Origin: Octopus sinensis
Lineage: Eukaryota
NCBI RefSeq assembly: GCF_006345805.1
Contig: NC_043011.1
Span: 59,098,464 to 59,162,463 of the forward strand
Direction: 5' to 3'
Length of the DNA stretch: 64,000 nucleotides
The notes below the pieces were generated by a model. That model was not told where the DNA came from, did not search any database, and saw nothing but the letters and a program-made list of their open reading frames with translations. Every line of letters begins with the position of its first letter. The stretch's first letter is position 1. A program made the position numbers and the translations under genes. This document shows, piece after piece, positions 23,161 through 36,420 of this stretch.

Positions 23161-25354
23161 TCCACGGTGATTTGCATTCCAAGCAACCCATCTTATTTTT
23201 GAACACAACAGCGGGACAACGATATTATGTTACTGTAACATTCTTCGTCTTAACAAAGTAGACTTCCAGTAATAAAGATTTGGCGCTCATTGCTCCTCCC
23301 GGGTCAAGCACGCTCAGAGAGGAACTTCTCTTGACTTGATGCTGTGTACAATACATAAATTTAGATGACATACAAGGCATGTGCAATTCTTCGTTATTTA
23401 GAATTACCAACATACTTCTGTCTTAGACAAGGTTTTACAACATATTTATGGTCCAAGAAGAGTTCAGAACAGTATGTTGTTAAGTGTTTGCCAGCCTGAA
23501 CACGAAAGGCAGTACTTTCGATGCCATGTCGTTTCCAGGATTCATTAATATTTACACTTTACGTGAGTCATTCTACCGTTATATTGTTCATTGAGAGGTG
23601 AAGAAATCCGTTTTCAAGACGTATTTAGAACCAACCGTTTGTTACAATGTGTTCTGGGAATGGAAAATAAACTTTACATTTCAGGAGTGTTTCAAATGTT
23701 ACTAATAAACCGAATGAGGTTGAGGTTTGGTGGTGATATTAACTAAACGGAAAGTGTAACATTGATTCTCTTCTTAAGAATGAATGTTATGTGCGAGATT
23801 TCCAGATGTTTTTTTGAATAGGTTTCTGTAAACAAACATAAATATATAACGAGCATTTCAAATCTAAAACACATATTAGGATAGGAAATGACGAAACGCA
23901 AATGGAAAAATATATATTTTATTGTCAATTTTATTATAATATTTTACAGTATAGCATTACTATTTATTTTAATAAACCTTTTAATTTAATGAGAAAGACT
24001 TGGAACTGTAGCAATGTTCATCAAATCGTTCTTCTTAAAAACTCTGTTGCAAATTTTCTAAAATATTCACTCATGCATGAAGTAGTTAATTTAATTTTCT
24101 CCGAATTATATTTGTTAGTAATTAAAAATTTGTATGGGATTACAAATATATTTCTCTTTGTAGCAGCAGCCCAAGAAATTGTAAAAGAAATAAGAATTAG
24201 ATAATATAATAAAAACTTATTTTTAGGAATTGGATTCTTCTGTCTTTATATTTCTTTTCTTGAAGATATTCATTAAATTATTTTCTGATTTCACTAATTA
24301 TTCCAATTAATATAACACTGACATTTGTGAAATGAATACTATTGAATACATTCATGTTTAATCAAATTAGGAGTTCTACTAGATCAATATACTACTTCAC
24401 TTTCTGTTTAAGAAATCTTTTTTTGATTTTTGGAAACAATAAGCTGTTGTGTCAACAACAATGCACTATATTTGATTTGTAGTATCCGTATTCCAGGTTT
24501 CGGTCTTGCCAACTTGTACGAAATGAAATAAAATTAATTCCTAGATTTCATTGACATTCGATACATAACATCAGCTGAGTGTTTGCAAATATTATTTTCT
24601 AACATGGGCACAACGCCACAAACGTTCGAGAAATGTAGAGTCGAGTTGATAGGCCACAACGTAATTAATTAACACATATAATCGCAATTGTGGAAGGGCG
24701 AATTTTACGAATCTATGAACGTTGCTGGCTATTGTTTAGAGGAAACGAAGAAATACGATATTAAACAATAACATCGGGGAAAGCTTATACAGTAAGGGTG
24801 AAGTGGAATGGCTAAATGGATACAATATCAAACAACCAGCTGTTAGTTCCACAGATCTTATCTACTCTGTGCATTTCTTTATGTATCTGTCCAATGCACT
24901 TAGTTCTGAATACTTTTGTTCAGCCAGCGTCTCAGAATAGGATAGACACTCAGGATAGACACTCAGGATAAACAAAGTACTTTCATATCTTAAGTCATAT
25001 ATACATACATATATAAGTGCTGTCATCTGTATGCTTTTCGAATATTCTGTGATACAGTTATTATATGTACACTTGGAATTTAATTCTAGTGATTACCAAA
25101 TATTAGAAATCTACAAAAAATAAAGGTTTTTACTCGAATTTTTCCTATTATAATCCGAATAATTTGAAGAATTATAGGAACATAAATGCAGTCAATTACT
25201 TGCCCAGTATTCTGGTGTATCTGCCCTGGAGCGATGAAAGTGAAATTGCCATTGCGGAATTTAAATAAAGAGTATACATTACCATTATGAAATGGAACGA
25301 AGTATTTTCTTTCGCACTTCCAATCGGGAAAACTTGATTTTCTAGTTCAGAGTA

Positions 25355-25578
25355 CAGTATTCCCTCACCATATCGCGGTTCACCTACTGCGGCTTAATAT
25401 CTAAGCTCACATCGATTCATCCGCGTTGTTATTTTACATTTATAATAAAATAAATATATACAAATTATGAAAATAATTTAAAAAATGTACAGTACACTAC
25501 TGTTTCTACTTTACGGATTTTCATCTATCGCGGGTGGGATTTGAAATATAGCACCCGCGATAGTCGAGGGATTACAGT
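25355..25578. mobile_element. pogo/Tigger-like MITE
   Basis: TA|CAGTATTCCCTCACCATATCGCGG ... CCGCGATAGTCGAGGGATTACAG inverted termini; same family as 30833-31070 in the opposite orientation. Confidence 0.75.
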
Positions 25579-26799
25579 GTTCCGAATAAACAGATTATCT
25601 ACAGATTAATCTACAGATTATTTTCTTAATCGATTGATTCTCCACTTGAATTATTTCAATACATATCTGCATCCATGCTTCTTATATAACGATACATTGT
25701 TTGGATGACTCTGTGTAAATAATTGATTAGAAAAGATTTCTCTCCATGGAATGTCAAATATGCGAACATATTTCATACCAAATACCAATATTTACTGAAA
25801 TAATTATTGTTCACTTCCAGCACGTATGTATATACCCTCATTTAAATATTATTTTCCTTGTTTATTACTGGCCAGGCATTGTAGATATCATAACGTTATC
25901 TTCACTGGTCACATACATGGGATAATAAAGATAAGGAATTTATTACAGCAATTTTCCGCTTATTAATATATTGTCCACCGAAAATCACCATTATATACAT
26001 ATATTCTAGCATATCTTTAATATATTAGGGTTAGAGCTGACTCTGGTTCAACGGAACATGTGTGTGAGAAATCGATATACCATATATAATTTATCTAACA
26101 TAGATTATTTAATTTCGGTATAGAAACCTATATTACCGCATAGTTTATTGTTGATTGACAGAAGAGATTCAGTTAAGGTTAGCGCGTTTCCTATCTTTAA
26201 TATAATCACGTCCATTGATTTAATGTTTCGCGCTGCACATGTTAATATTGTTAATAATTTTATAAATAACCTGCGTAATTCACTAAAGTCCCAGGCAGGT
26301 TTGACAAAGTATCATTCCTTTTGTCATTGAGAGAGAAGTTTAATTAGCATTGATCATCTACACTGAAACTAATGTATTCCTACGGATTCATTCATTACGC
26401 TCTGATCTTATCAAATCCAGTTTGCAAAGATTTTAGTCAGAAACTATGAAGTCCTGTGATTACAAACACATTAACGTGGTGCAATGGCCGAAATGCCAAT
26501 GTTAAACAACGTTCCGTAATCTCTCAACATAATAGGACTCGTCTTGACATTTGTTCGAAAATGCAATTCAGGTATTATGCATTTTATGATAACCTGCAAT
26601 AACCTGTTAGGTATGAAACTATTGTTTAATACACATTATTCTCACAGACGATTCTACAAGATTATTTCTAACTGCTAATGCTGTTAATTTTCCAGTTTTC
26701 TCATTTGATTCCTCAGAGAGTTTTCATTAGCCAGTGTCTAATAAAAGTTGAAGACTGGAGCATTTAAAACAAAATTTACAAAGGGTATTACTGCTGAAC

Positions 26800-27150
26800 C
26801 TCCACTCATATTAGCAGCGATACACTTACATATGCACACATCCACACGTCAAAGTCGCTAATCCCTATCTACACATTCACCCATATACCTACACACGCGC
26901 ACCTTCGTTTTGGGATTACCAGTACCTTATTATCTCCCCTTTTTCCTAGTACTCCTGTCCAACTAGCTTTTTCCAACCAGTTTGACTGCTTATTTCACAT
27001 TTAAAAAAAAATTGTCTCTCAGGGTTTTTTTTCCTCTCAATCGTTTCTGTTGAAGAGCATAGACTCGAAAGGTAAAAAAACCAGCTCATCTTCCCGAGTG
27101 TCATACTAATGCAGCTGCCAGTTGCACCTACACCTGTCTACAAGTTTTGT
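26800..27150 (+). mobile_element. Old Penelope-like 3' region with degenerate hammerhead
   Basis: TTCCTCTCAATCGTTTCTGTTGAAGAGCATAGACTCGAAAGGTA...TTCCCGAGTGTCATACTAAT aligns by eye with the reverse complement of 6135-6215; upstream CA/pyrimidine-rich stretch as in that element. Confidence 0.5.
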
Positions 27151-27369
27151 TTTTCGGTAAATGTCAACTATATATATATATATATAATATATATATATAT
27201 ATATCAAAATTGTGTATTATAATGAGTATTATGTATCGCAATTTGCAGCACCAGCATAATATTCAATCGAATACTCATCTAGTAACGACCATTTTTTTTT
27301 GTTGTCTGTTTCTCAAAGTATTTAACTATTATATCCCCAAATATATAAGAGTTTATATATATTCCTCTA

Positions 27370-27610
27370 AGGCAGCGAGCTGGCAGAATCGTTAGCAGGC
27401 CGGGCCAAGTACTTAGCGGTATTTCGTGCGCCGTTACGTTCTGAGTTCAAATTCCGCCGATGTCGATTTTGCCTTTCATCCTTTTGGGGTCGATTAAATA
27501 AGTGCCAGTTATGCACTCGTGTAGATGTTATCGACTTAATCGATTTGTCTCTCTTTGTTTGTCCCCTCTATGTTTAGACCCCTCTGAGCAATAAAGAAAT
27601 AAATAGATAC
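27370..27610 (+). mobile_element. Full-length SINE family A (tail type 1) with 11-bp TSD
   Basis: A box TGGCAGAATCG, GAGTTCAAATTCC. ATATTCCTCTA occurs at 27359-27369 and 27611-27621. Confidence 0.92.
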
Positions 27611-27669
27611 ATATTCCTCTATTTCATTCCCTAAATTAATTCGATGTAAATTACCTGGATCTTTTGATT

Positions 27670-27905
27670 CTACCGTTAGCAATTTCTTTAAATTTTGGTA
27701 AAGGGCCAGCAAATCTTTAGGGGAAAGTAAACTTAGTCGATCGCATCTGTCTCAGAACTTCACCGGTGCAATACTTTACCAACCCCGAAAGAATGAAAGG
27801 AAAATATTGACCTCACTGTTATTTGAACTGTGATCATAAAGAACTGCAAATTCTGCAAAGCAAGTACTCCCACGTGCCCAAACGTTCTACCAATTCGTCG
27901 CCTTT
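27670..27905 (-). mobile_element. Degenerate SINE family A
   Basis: AACCCCGAAAGAATGAAAGGAAAATATTGACCTC and the terminal CAAACGTTCTACCAATTCGTCGCCTT. Confidence 0.6.
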
Positions 27906-28732
27906 TTTATGTAAATAATAACCAATAAACTGCATCGGTTTGTGTAATTCCTTTTACGAATCTGCACTGCCATATGTTCAAGCTTAATACTTTAGCCAAA
28001 TAAAATATGATTGACTACATATGTATATCGTGGATACATTCGAGACTTCACAAACTAATTCATCTCTTTCACGCATGGCGGAGTAGTATTATTGCCTTGT
28101 ATACATTTTTCCATAAATCGGGGGATCAATAAGTTCAAAAGCAGCTAAATATATTGATCGAAAACAAAGAGATTGAAGGTAATATGTCGTGACTTATATT
28201 GTATTATTTGAAACTAGTTCAATACATGTCGCTTTACTAGTGGCAAATGGTAATGTATTAAATTTAAAGTTTTTTTATATTTAGAAGAGTAACATAAGTG
28301 TAGAGTATTTTCATATTAAAAACAGATTCTTTCAAACAACTGGTGAATTTTCAGAGACGTAGATGTTATATTATTCTATTCTTTTATTTGTTTCAGTTAT
28401 TTTGAATGGGGCCATGTGGATACATAACTAAATGAATGGAAATCGAACCGATGCGTGTGTTAAATCAAATAATAAGGCGCTAAAAGAGAATGACTCTGCC
28501 CAAACACAAATGTGTGTGTGCGTGTGTGTGGGGGGGGGTGTATGTGTATATGTATATATTTATATATCATACATAGACACGCATACACATACACACAGAT
28601 ACACACACATAGACACACACGCACGCACGCTCAATCACACACACATTAGTATTTAAATATATATGCATGTATATACATAATGTAATGTCCAGGGTTGGTT
28701 AACTCGTTTCTATCTATCTTTCTATCATTCTG

Positions 28733-28871
<139 letters not shown>

Positions 28872-28884
28872 ATATATAAGATAA

Positions 28885-29350
28885 GATAATTTTTGGGCTC
28901 AAAAAGCAAAATGCAAGGCCATGTAGGAGGACATGGAGTTATGTACAGGGAGGGTGTTCATGCAAAGAGTTCAGGCCATTTCTGGTCAAGAGAGACTTTG
29001 ACCCGAGCGGTCGTTGGCATCTTCACTATCTCATCCGGCAGCTTATTCCACAGATCCGCAAACCGGACGGAGAAAGTCCCTCTCCTTCGATTGAAATGAA
29101 ATCGTCGCAGATAGAGCTTTTCGGAGTAACCCCGCAGCCGACGCTCTGGAGCAGGAGTGAAGAACAGCTCTTTCGAGATGTTACACTTTCCGCTTATGAT
29201 GTGAGCAAGAATGAGATCACCACGGCGTCGTCGTTTTTCTAGAGAATAAAAGTCGAGCGTCTTCAGCCTTTCTTCATAAGACAAATGCTTGAGACCAAGA
29301 ACCATGCGGGTAGCCAGCTTCTGGACTCTTTCGAGATGATGTATGTCTTG
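28885..29350 (-). mobile_element. 5'-truncated CR1-clade LINE (RT C-terminus + 3' UTR)
   Basis: DIHHLERVQKLATRMVLGLKHLSYEERLKTL..YSLEKRRRRGDLI...LRGYSEKL...RRGTFSVRFADLWNKLPDEIV is the canonical CR1 ORF2 end. A short UTR ends in TTATCTTATC next to (TA)n. Confidence 0.92.
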
Positions 29351-29357
29351 TGTGTAC

Positions 29358-29388
<31 letters not shown>

Positions 29389-29517
29389 TGTATGTATGTA
29401 TGTATGTGTGTATGTATATATATATATATATATATATAAAGAGAGAGAGAGAGAGAGACTCACACACACACACTCACACGCATGTACACACACATACACA
29501 CGCACACAGACACACAA

Positions 29518-29553
<36 letters not shown>

Positions 29554-29555
29554 TC

Positions 29556-29692
29556 TTTTCTAGTCTAGGTACAAGGCTCGAAATGTTTGGAGAGGGGTGC
29601 CAGTCGATTAGATCGACCCCAGTACACGACTGATACTTAATTTATAGAACCCGAAACGATGAAAAACAAAGTCGACCTCGGCAGAATTTGAA
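29556..29692 (-). mobile_element. 5'-truncated SINE family A (tail type 3)
   Basis: CTTTTCTAGTCTAGGTACAAGGCTC...GTCGATTAGATCGACCCCAG...GTCGACCTCGGCAGAATTTGAAC. Confidence 0.75.
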
Positions 29693-30069
29693 CGCGTCTG
29701 TATAAGTATATACGCATGGCAATGTTACTGTATACATATGTGTGCATTTATAAATACGTACGGACGCATGGATTTCCTGAATACATTAATTTGTTTACAT
29801 GAATATATGTGTATATAAAATTCAACACTCCGTATGTACTCTTCTCACTTTCTCATACGCGCGCAGATACTCTCCTTCCACGACCACCACACGCACACAC
29901 ACACTCCTATTTTTATAATGCACAATACTGAAAGGAAGAAAATAAAGTGATAACGTGGGTAATTTCTTATTCATGAGACAATCGATGTAGGAAATTGAAA
30001 GTAATCCATTTATCTGTGTGTTCGTGTGCGTGTGTGTTCGTGTGTGTGTGTGTTCGTATCTGTGTGTTT

Positions 30070-30101
<32 letters not shown>

Positions 30102-30832
30102 TTGTGTGTGTGTTTGTGTGTTTGTGTGTGTGCGCGGCGATATATACATGGTGAAATTTTCAGACAAAAGCAGTTGGAGTTTGAAAAAAATCAATATATT
30201 TTAGGTAATATATATATATTTATGTGTACAAGTGTGTGTGTATCTGTGTGTGTGTGTGCGTGTGCGTGCGTAGGATTGCAAATATGTGTGAAAATGTGTC
30301 TCTGAGAACCGTGTTCTTCCTTGTGTGTTTGCGTATTTCTATGTGTGTGTCTGTCTATTTATGTGCTTTGATTAAATACAATTGCAACGATAGAGTTGAA
30401 TGAATGTGTTACAGAATCTGATGGTTAAAGTTTTTGCGTATTTTTATTTCTATTTTAGTAACGAGTCGCTTTCGGGCAAGCGATTTTATATCGGTCTAAT
30501 CTATAATTAAACATCGACTGTGAATGACCCACTTGATAAAGATATTGAAGAAAAAAGGGAAACTATATCCTGTGATTGGGTTATTGATTAAAATCCATCG
30601 GTTTTATATAATTGTCTTTACAATTGCATTCGACTGCAAACATTATTAGTGTTAATCCGTGGATGTATTGAATATTCATTTTATTTCTAAAGTCGTCGAA
30701 ATTTGGGATTCTGAGATTTTTAGTTTATCAGACTAAAAAAAAAAACTTATCTGAGATGTTGAAAATAATGTAAAGTAGTTTAGTAGAAAAATTAATCCCG
30801 ATATGCGTCAGGGAAAAAACGCTTCTACTATA

Positions 30833-31070
30833 CAGTAATACCTCAACTATCACGGGTACTACGTTCCAAAACCTCACTCAGAAATAATTGAAATCTAAAA
30901 AAAGAAATTTATACCTATCGTCCGCAGAAACCCGCGATGAACTGAGGATTCCGCGATGTGAATTTACATATATTAACCAGAAGAATCCGCGATGTACTAA
31001 GTACGCGGTAGAGGAACCGCTATGTACTGAGTGCGCGATAAGTGATCCGCGATATGGCGAGGGATTACTG
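30833..31070. mobile_element. pogo/Tigger-like MITE with subterminal repeats
   Basis: TA|CAGTAATACCTCAACTATCACGG ... CCGCGATATGGCGAGGGATTACTG, with several internal CCGCGATG(T/A)ACT(A/G)AG units. Confidence 0.8.
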
Positions 31071-33354
31071 AATATGTTTAAACTATTAATGTGATATAGT
31101 TATAGTTAGTTATAAATAGCATAGAACGTCAACATAGGTAGAAATTATGCGATTCGCTGTAGATAGATACAGATTCAGTGCAATAATATTTTCTATCTGT
31201 GAGGTTTTCTTATACCGATTTACTCAAAAACTTTTTGATATGCTGTATGTAGTTTTAAAATGGTATAAATGAAGTGAGATACCAGAGTCATAAATGAGGT
31301 AAATAAGTCTGATGTGGTTTTTACCTATGCGATGTAAGAAGCTTGAAAATCGTTGTGTAGAGAAACTTATAACTGAGGTAAACTATAGAGATTTCTTTTG
31401 ATTGTGACACCTGGTGATAATTTCAAAATGAAGTGAAGGACGTAAATTGTAAATTGCGGGTTAATATGTACGATGTTTAATTAGTATGATCTTTAATTAA
31501 ATCTGCTCAATATAAGTAGTTTGAGAAAAATGTGCATACTCTAAAATGTAGTCCATGATATTGCTTACTGTGTCCCAATTCTGCAATGAAAAGTTATAAA
31601 TCAACAGGATTTTCACACATTGGTGGAGATACTTATCAAATATTTACCATCATTAAATGATAAGATTCGTTTTAGACTATTTCGCTTAAATATATCCGAC
31701 ATAACGGATATAACGGAATTGTATATTGTTCTAGTTCCAGGCCTTCTATTCACACCTTACAATGTGATTTCAGAAGTGTGAGACAAAATTTAGATGATAC
31801 TGCAACTAGACAGCTTCTCCATTGTTCGTTTACAGTAATATTTTTCGATGTGTGTCTGTGAGAGAGGAAGAGAAAAAGAGAGAGAGAGAGAGAGAGAAAG
31901 AAGGAGAGAAATAGAAAAGAGAGCGTGTGTGTTTGTGTGTCTGTGCGTGTGCATGTATGTTCATGCATATATCTGAATGTATGTGCGCACACATATGAGT
32001 TTGAGAATGTATACTTGTGTAGGTGAGCGTAGTTGTGAAGGTGTGTGTATGTATTAGGTTAGCAAAATCTCTTAATACAATGAAAACTACTTGGTTAACG
32101 AAAGATAACGCGGCATGTTCGTTATTCTGTTTAAACCCATAAAACTTGGAACACGCATAAAGTGCAGTAACAAATCAGCTTAGGCAAGCAATTCTCTTAT
32201 GTATTTTCGTATTTGGATGCATGTAAATATATTTCCGAGATTGCACAAAGATGAATACGTCTAGGAGCCAGAGCTATAATTCTTATTCTTATTCAGCATT
32301 GAATAAACCACATATTTCTGATATGGACAATGTTATTCATGAAAACTGCACTAAGATATGCTCCATAAATTTGACCTGGAGAATTGTAATAAATTTGCAA
32401 TATGTTTATGGTATGCTGGCTTGAAAATAATAAGGGCTTTCTGATACAGGTAATAAATTATTCACAGATAAAGGAATATGAATATGACTTATATAGAGTC
32501 ATTATATATTTCTACATTATAAGTTTACGACTTCACTATTTATTTTGCTTAGATTAAATAACAAAAAAAGTTGAAATTTCTACTGAGATATTTGCCAAAC
32601 TTTAGACTGCTTTAATTCGTTGTTATATCGTATCCCTACTTCGACATATTTCACTAGCTTCCTCCATTATTTACAAAAGTAATGTAGCTATCTTTTGAAA
32701 AGATAAACCTTCGTTCTAATAAAACCGAAAGCCATAAATCAGTTACAGGTCGTATACGGGGAAATTCATGAATATGCCCAAATATAGTTATTGCATTTTT
32801 TACAGGAATTAATCGACCCTTATCTACTATATGTGATGTATTCTCTCAGTGGTACCATCGCCAATTTCACTATCAGATATGGCAATAATATAAGTAGCAG
32901 CTTCAGGCTGACTCTATAATCTCATAAATAAATTTATTGATAAAGCAATAAACCTAAATTATGATCATGAATGCCATCATAAAATTGAATTTTGTCTAAA
33001 ACCTGTCTTTTCACCAAAAGGTATTCCTTTATTCTATTCACGACGAGGTATCCCAGTATACTTAAGTTATTAAGTAATATTTGAAATATCAGGTATCTGG
33101 TAGTTCTTTAAACAAATTGGCTGTAAAGTAAAAGTGTAACTTTGCAATCTAAAGATTGGAATATAGCAGAGATTCTAGTATGGAATACTCACATGTTTGT
33201 GTGGCTTTGCTTCATGCAGGTTTGTGGGCAGAAAGGATATAACTTAAGATCAAATTTTTTTTATATTGTAGTTTTATCTTTTTAACTTACGAGAACAGAT
33301 CGAAGCGAGAAAATATGTGGATCTCAACGCGAAGATCGATACGAATTATGATAA

Positions 33355-33665
33355 TATTGAAGGCTTAGTGCTTAGGGTATCCGACACAGGATCGTAAGGT
33401 CCTCAAACCGATTAGCGGCAGCGTGTTGTGTCATTCAGCATTCTTTCACGTTGCTCAAGTCTACTCAGCAAAAATGTGTAGTACCTCTATTTCAAAAGGC
33501 CAGCCTTGTTACATTCTGTGTCACAATGAGCATCCTTGAGATCTAGGTTAAAGGTACGCATGACTGTGGAGTGCTCAGCCACTTGCACCTTAATTTCACG
33601 TGCAGCCTGGTTTCATTCATTGGATCTACTGGAACACTCGACGTCGTAACCGATGGAATACCGGT
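33355..33665 (+). mobile_element. Older SINE family C copy
   Basis: CTGTGGAGTGCTCAGCCACTTGCACCTTAATTTCACG...GTCGTAACCGATGG matches the reverse complement of the 40812-41196 body and tail; the tRNA-like head is decayed. Confidence 0.7.
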
Positions 33666-34559
33666 TCTCTTTTTAAATATAATACAGCTTAACCTTCATT
33701 CCATGAATGGCTTTCATAGCACAGCAAATACTCAAGAACTGTCCAGTACACACCATTCTGCATTTTCATTCAGATCTATATGTAGGACTACATTAGGATT
33801 GATATAGTTGGCAGGGATAGATTCGTCAGGTCAATTATTTTTCGTTGATTGATTGAAGAGAAATGGATGTTTTTCATAACGTTATTGAACTATCTGCAAA
33901 AAATGATACAACACAGTTGTATACAAAATGTGTTCTTTCTCCTTCAGAGATCGAATTAGTAAATAATTACTGAAGTTGGTGACATGTGTCACTACCTCTT
34001 CCTTGATGTTGATCACAATATAACATTTAAAATGACAACAAACCGGATTTTACTTTCGGTCCAATTTATTACGACCTATTCCAACTGCAGCACAGTTCAA
34101 TTTTTTTAATTAAAATTTTCAAGAAAAGGATTGCGGTAAATTCCTCTTAGTTCGAACAGTTTTTATTTTATATATATTTGGTGGCGGTTGTGCGATGGTA
34201 TTGAAGAGTAGAAAGTAGAATGATGATTTGAGTTGTTTCTGATTCACTGGTGCAACCCCACAAAAAAAAAAAAAACAAGTAACAGAATGTGACAAGATAT
34301 CTTAATGTTCACTGATATCTTCGAACATGAATCTGAAACCAATTAGGATTGACGAACATTGATATATCAAACAGGGTGCAGGAAGAGCTAGAAATTACAT
34401 TGAATCATGAAAGGTTAATTGAGTACGTTTTAAGGATTCAACAAGAGTTGAGGATGTGTATAAAACGTAGAAGAGCCCTTTGATGTTGTATAAAGGTTAA
34501 GCGAATATCTGTTTTCTTGAAACTTTTCAGAAGTCATGCTTTGTGAACAAACGCGTCGC

Positions 34560-34950
34560 CATTTACGAAAGAGAGATACGGCGATTATCTGATAGAGGTC
34601 TTTCGAGTTGAAGTTTTCATCATCTTGAAAAATAAAGATTTGAGCTAATTCCTCTTACAATTCCCTGAGGTTGTATAGGGATTGGTAAGGTTATCTTAAA
34701 TATTCATTCACTTGAACTAAATGAACCAACTATTTCGCTTCGAGGAATTAAATCAGATATAGATGTTGCATGCAAGGAGCTGATCTCCTTCAAAACAAAT
34801 ATAGCCTTGTCAAAGAGAAATGATAAGGAAGGGAATTTTGTGAGATTCCCATCAATTGATGTTGTTGACAAAGATGGTCCGTCCATTTCACAAATATATT
34901 TTCAAAATGCTATTGAAAACTTCTAAAGGTAACTTTTCGAATGGAGGTTT
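34560..34950 (+). pseudogene. hAT (Charlie/SPIN/GTF2IRD2-like) transposase remnant
   Basis: EIRRLSDRG (cf. EVRWLSRG) and LNEPTISLRGIKSDIDVACKELISFKTNIAL...EGNFVRFPS (cf. LNELNLKLQG...I......AFK.KL.L....GNF.HFP), with stops. Confidence 0.6.
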
Positions 34951-36029
34951 GAGCCCCAGGGATTGAATGATACTGACTACATTTTAGTTCAAAATTAGTC
35001 TTACACCCTTCGACAAATGATGAAAAGCTATATTATTCACGCTAAAATTTCTCACTCATCACGAATTCATTTTGAAACAAAACCATACGATTGCAGAATG
35101 GGACATACGTAAATCTATATGTATGTATAGATAGATAGATATAAAAACATACATACACACACTCACACACCAAAACACACACATACATACACATATATTT
35201 CCAGTTTTTTAACTTTCGTGAATACATACCTTCATATCATTTTGAACTTCGTCGTTTACTTGTTTATTTGTATGAACGCCATGTTTAGACATCTACTTGA
35301 TGCCCAAAGAACATGAGTTGCACTCGAGACGAAAACGATCAAGAGCAACGACAGGCGGTGCAGTGCATGATTTGAAGAATAATATTTTCATGGATTGACT
35401 GAAACACTGGCATCTGAAAAAAGAAAATTAAAGTTTTCTCTTCATTGTAATGTGTAAATATAGAACTTGCTGGAGGTCAGTATATTAATTTCTCATTTTC
35501 CACCTTCGGCTCAAGAAATGCTGAAGGGATTTTGATATTTCGAAAGCTTATCAGCTTCAAAAGAGATTATTCGCAACAGCAGTCATATTTTTTGCAGAAC
35601 TAATAAGAAATACTTTTTAATGAAAATGTTGCAATAATTTTGTGGTTGTTCATTGGCGGAATACATCCTGCCATTATTCATTCCTTGTTTAAGAGATGAT
35701 GGCATATTTTGACAAAGAATTGAATGTTGTTTCTAGCAAGAGACGAGTCAGAAATTACATCCATATATAAGTAATACGAAATATTCTTCGCTCGATTAGA
35801 TGACCTATAATCTGCCCTCTACATAAAAAGTGGCTTTGTGCGTGATCAATACAAAATCTTTATGTGTTCGCCTCTAAGCGACATTTCTGTTTGATCGATT
35901 GTGAACCAATATTGATTCGCAATTAGAAACATTTTACTTACGTCACTACTGCCATTTGAATGGCATGGATGTACCGGTTGTAATTTATTTTATTCCACTT
36001 TTTTCTTTTGTCACAGATTCAAAGTTAAA

Positions 36030-36420
<391 letters not shown>

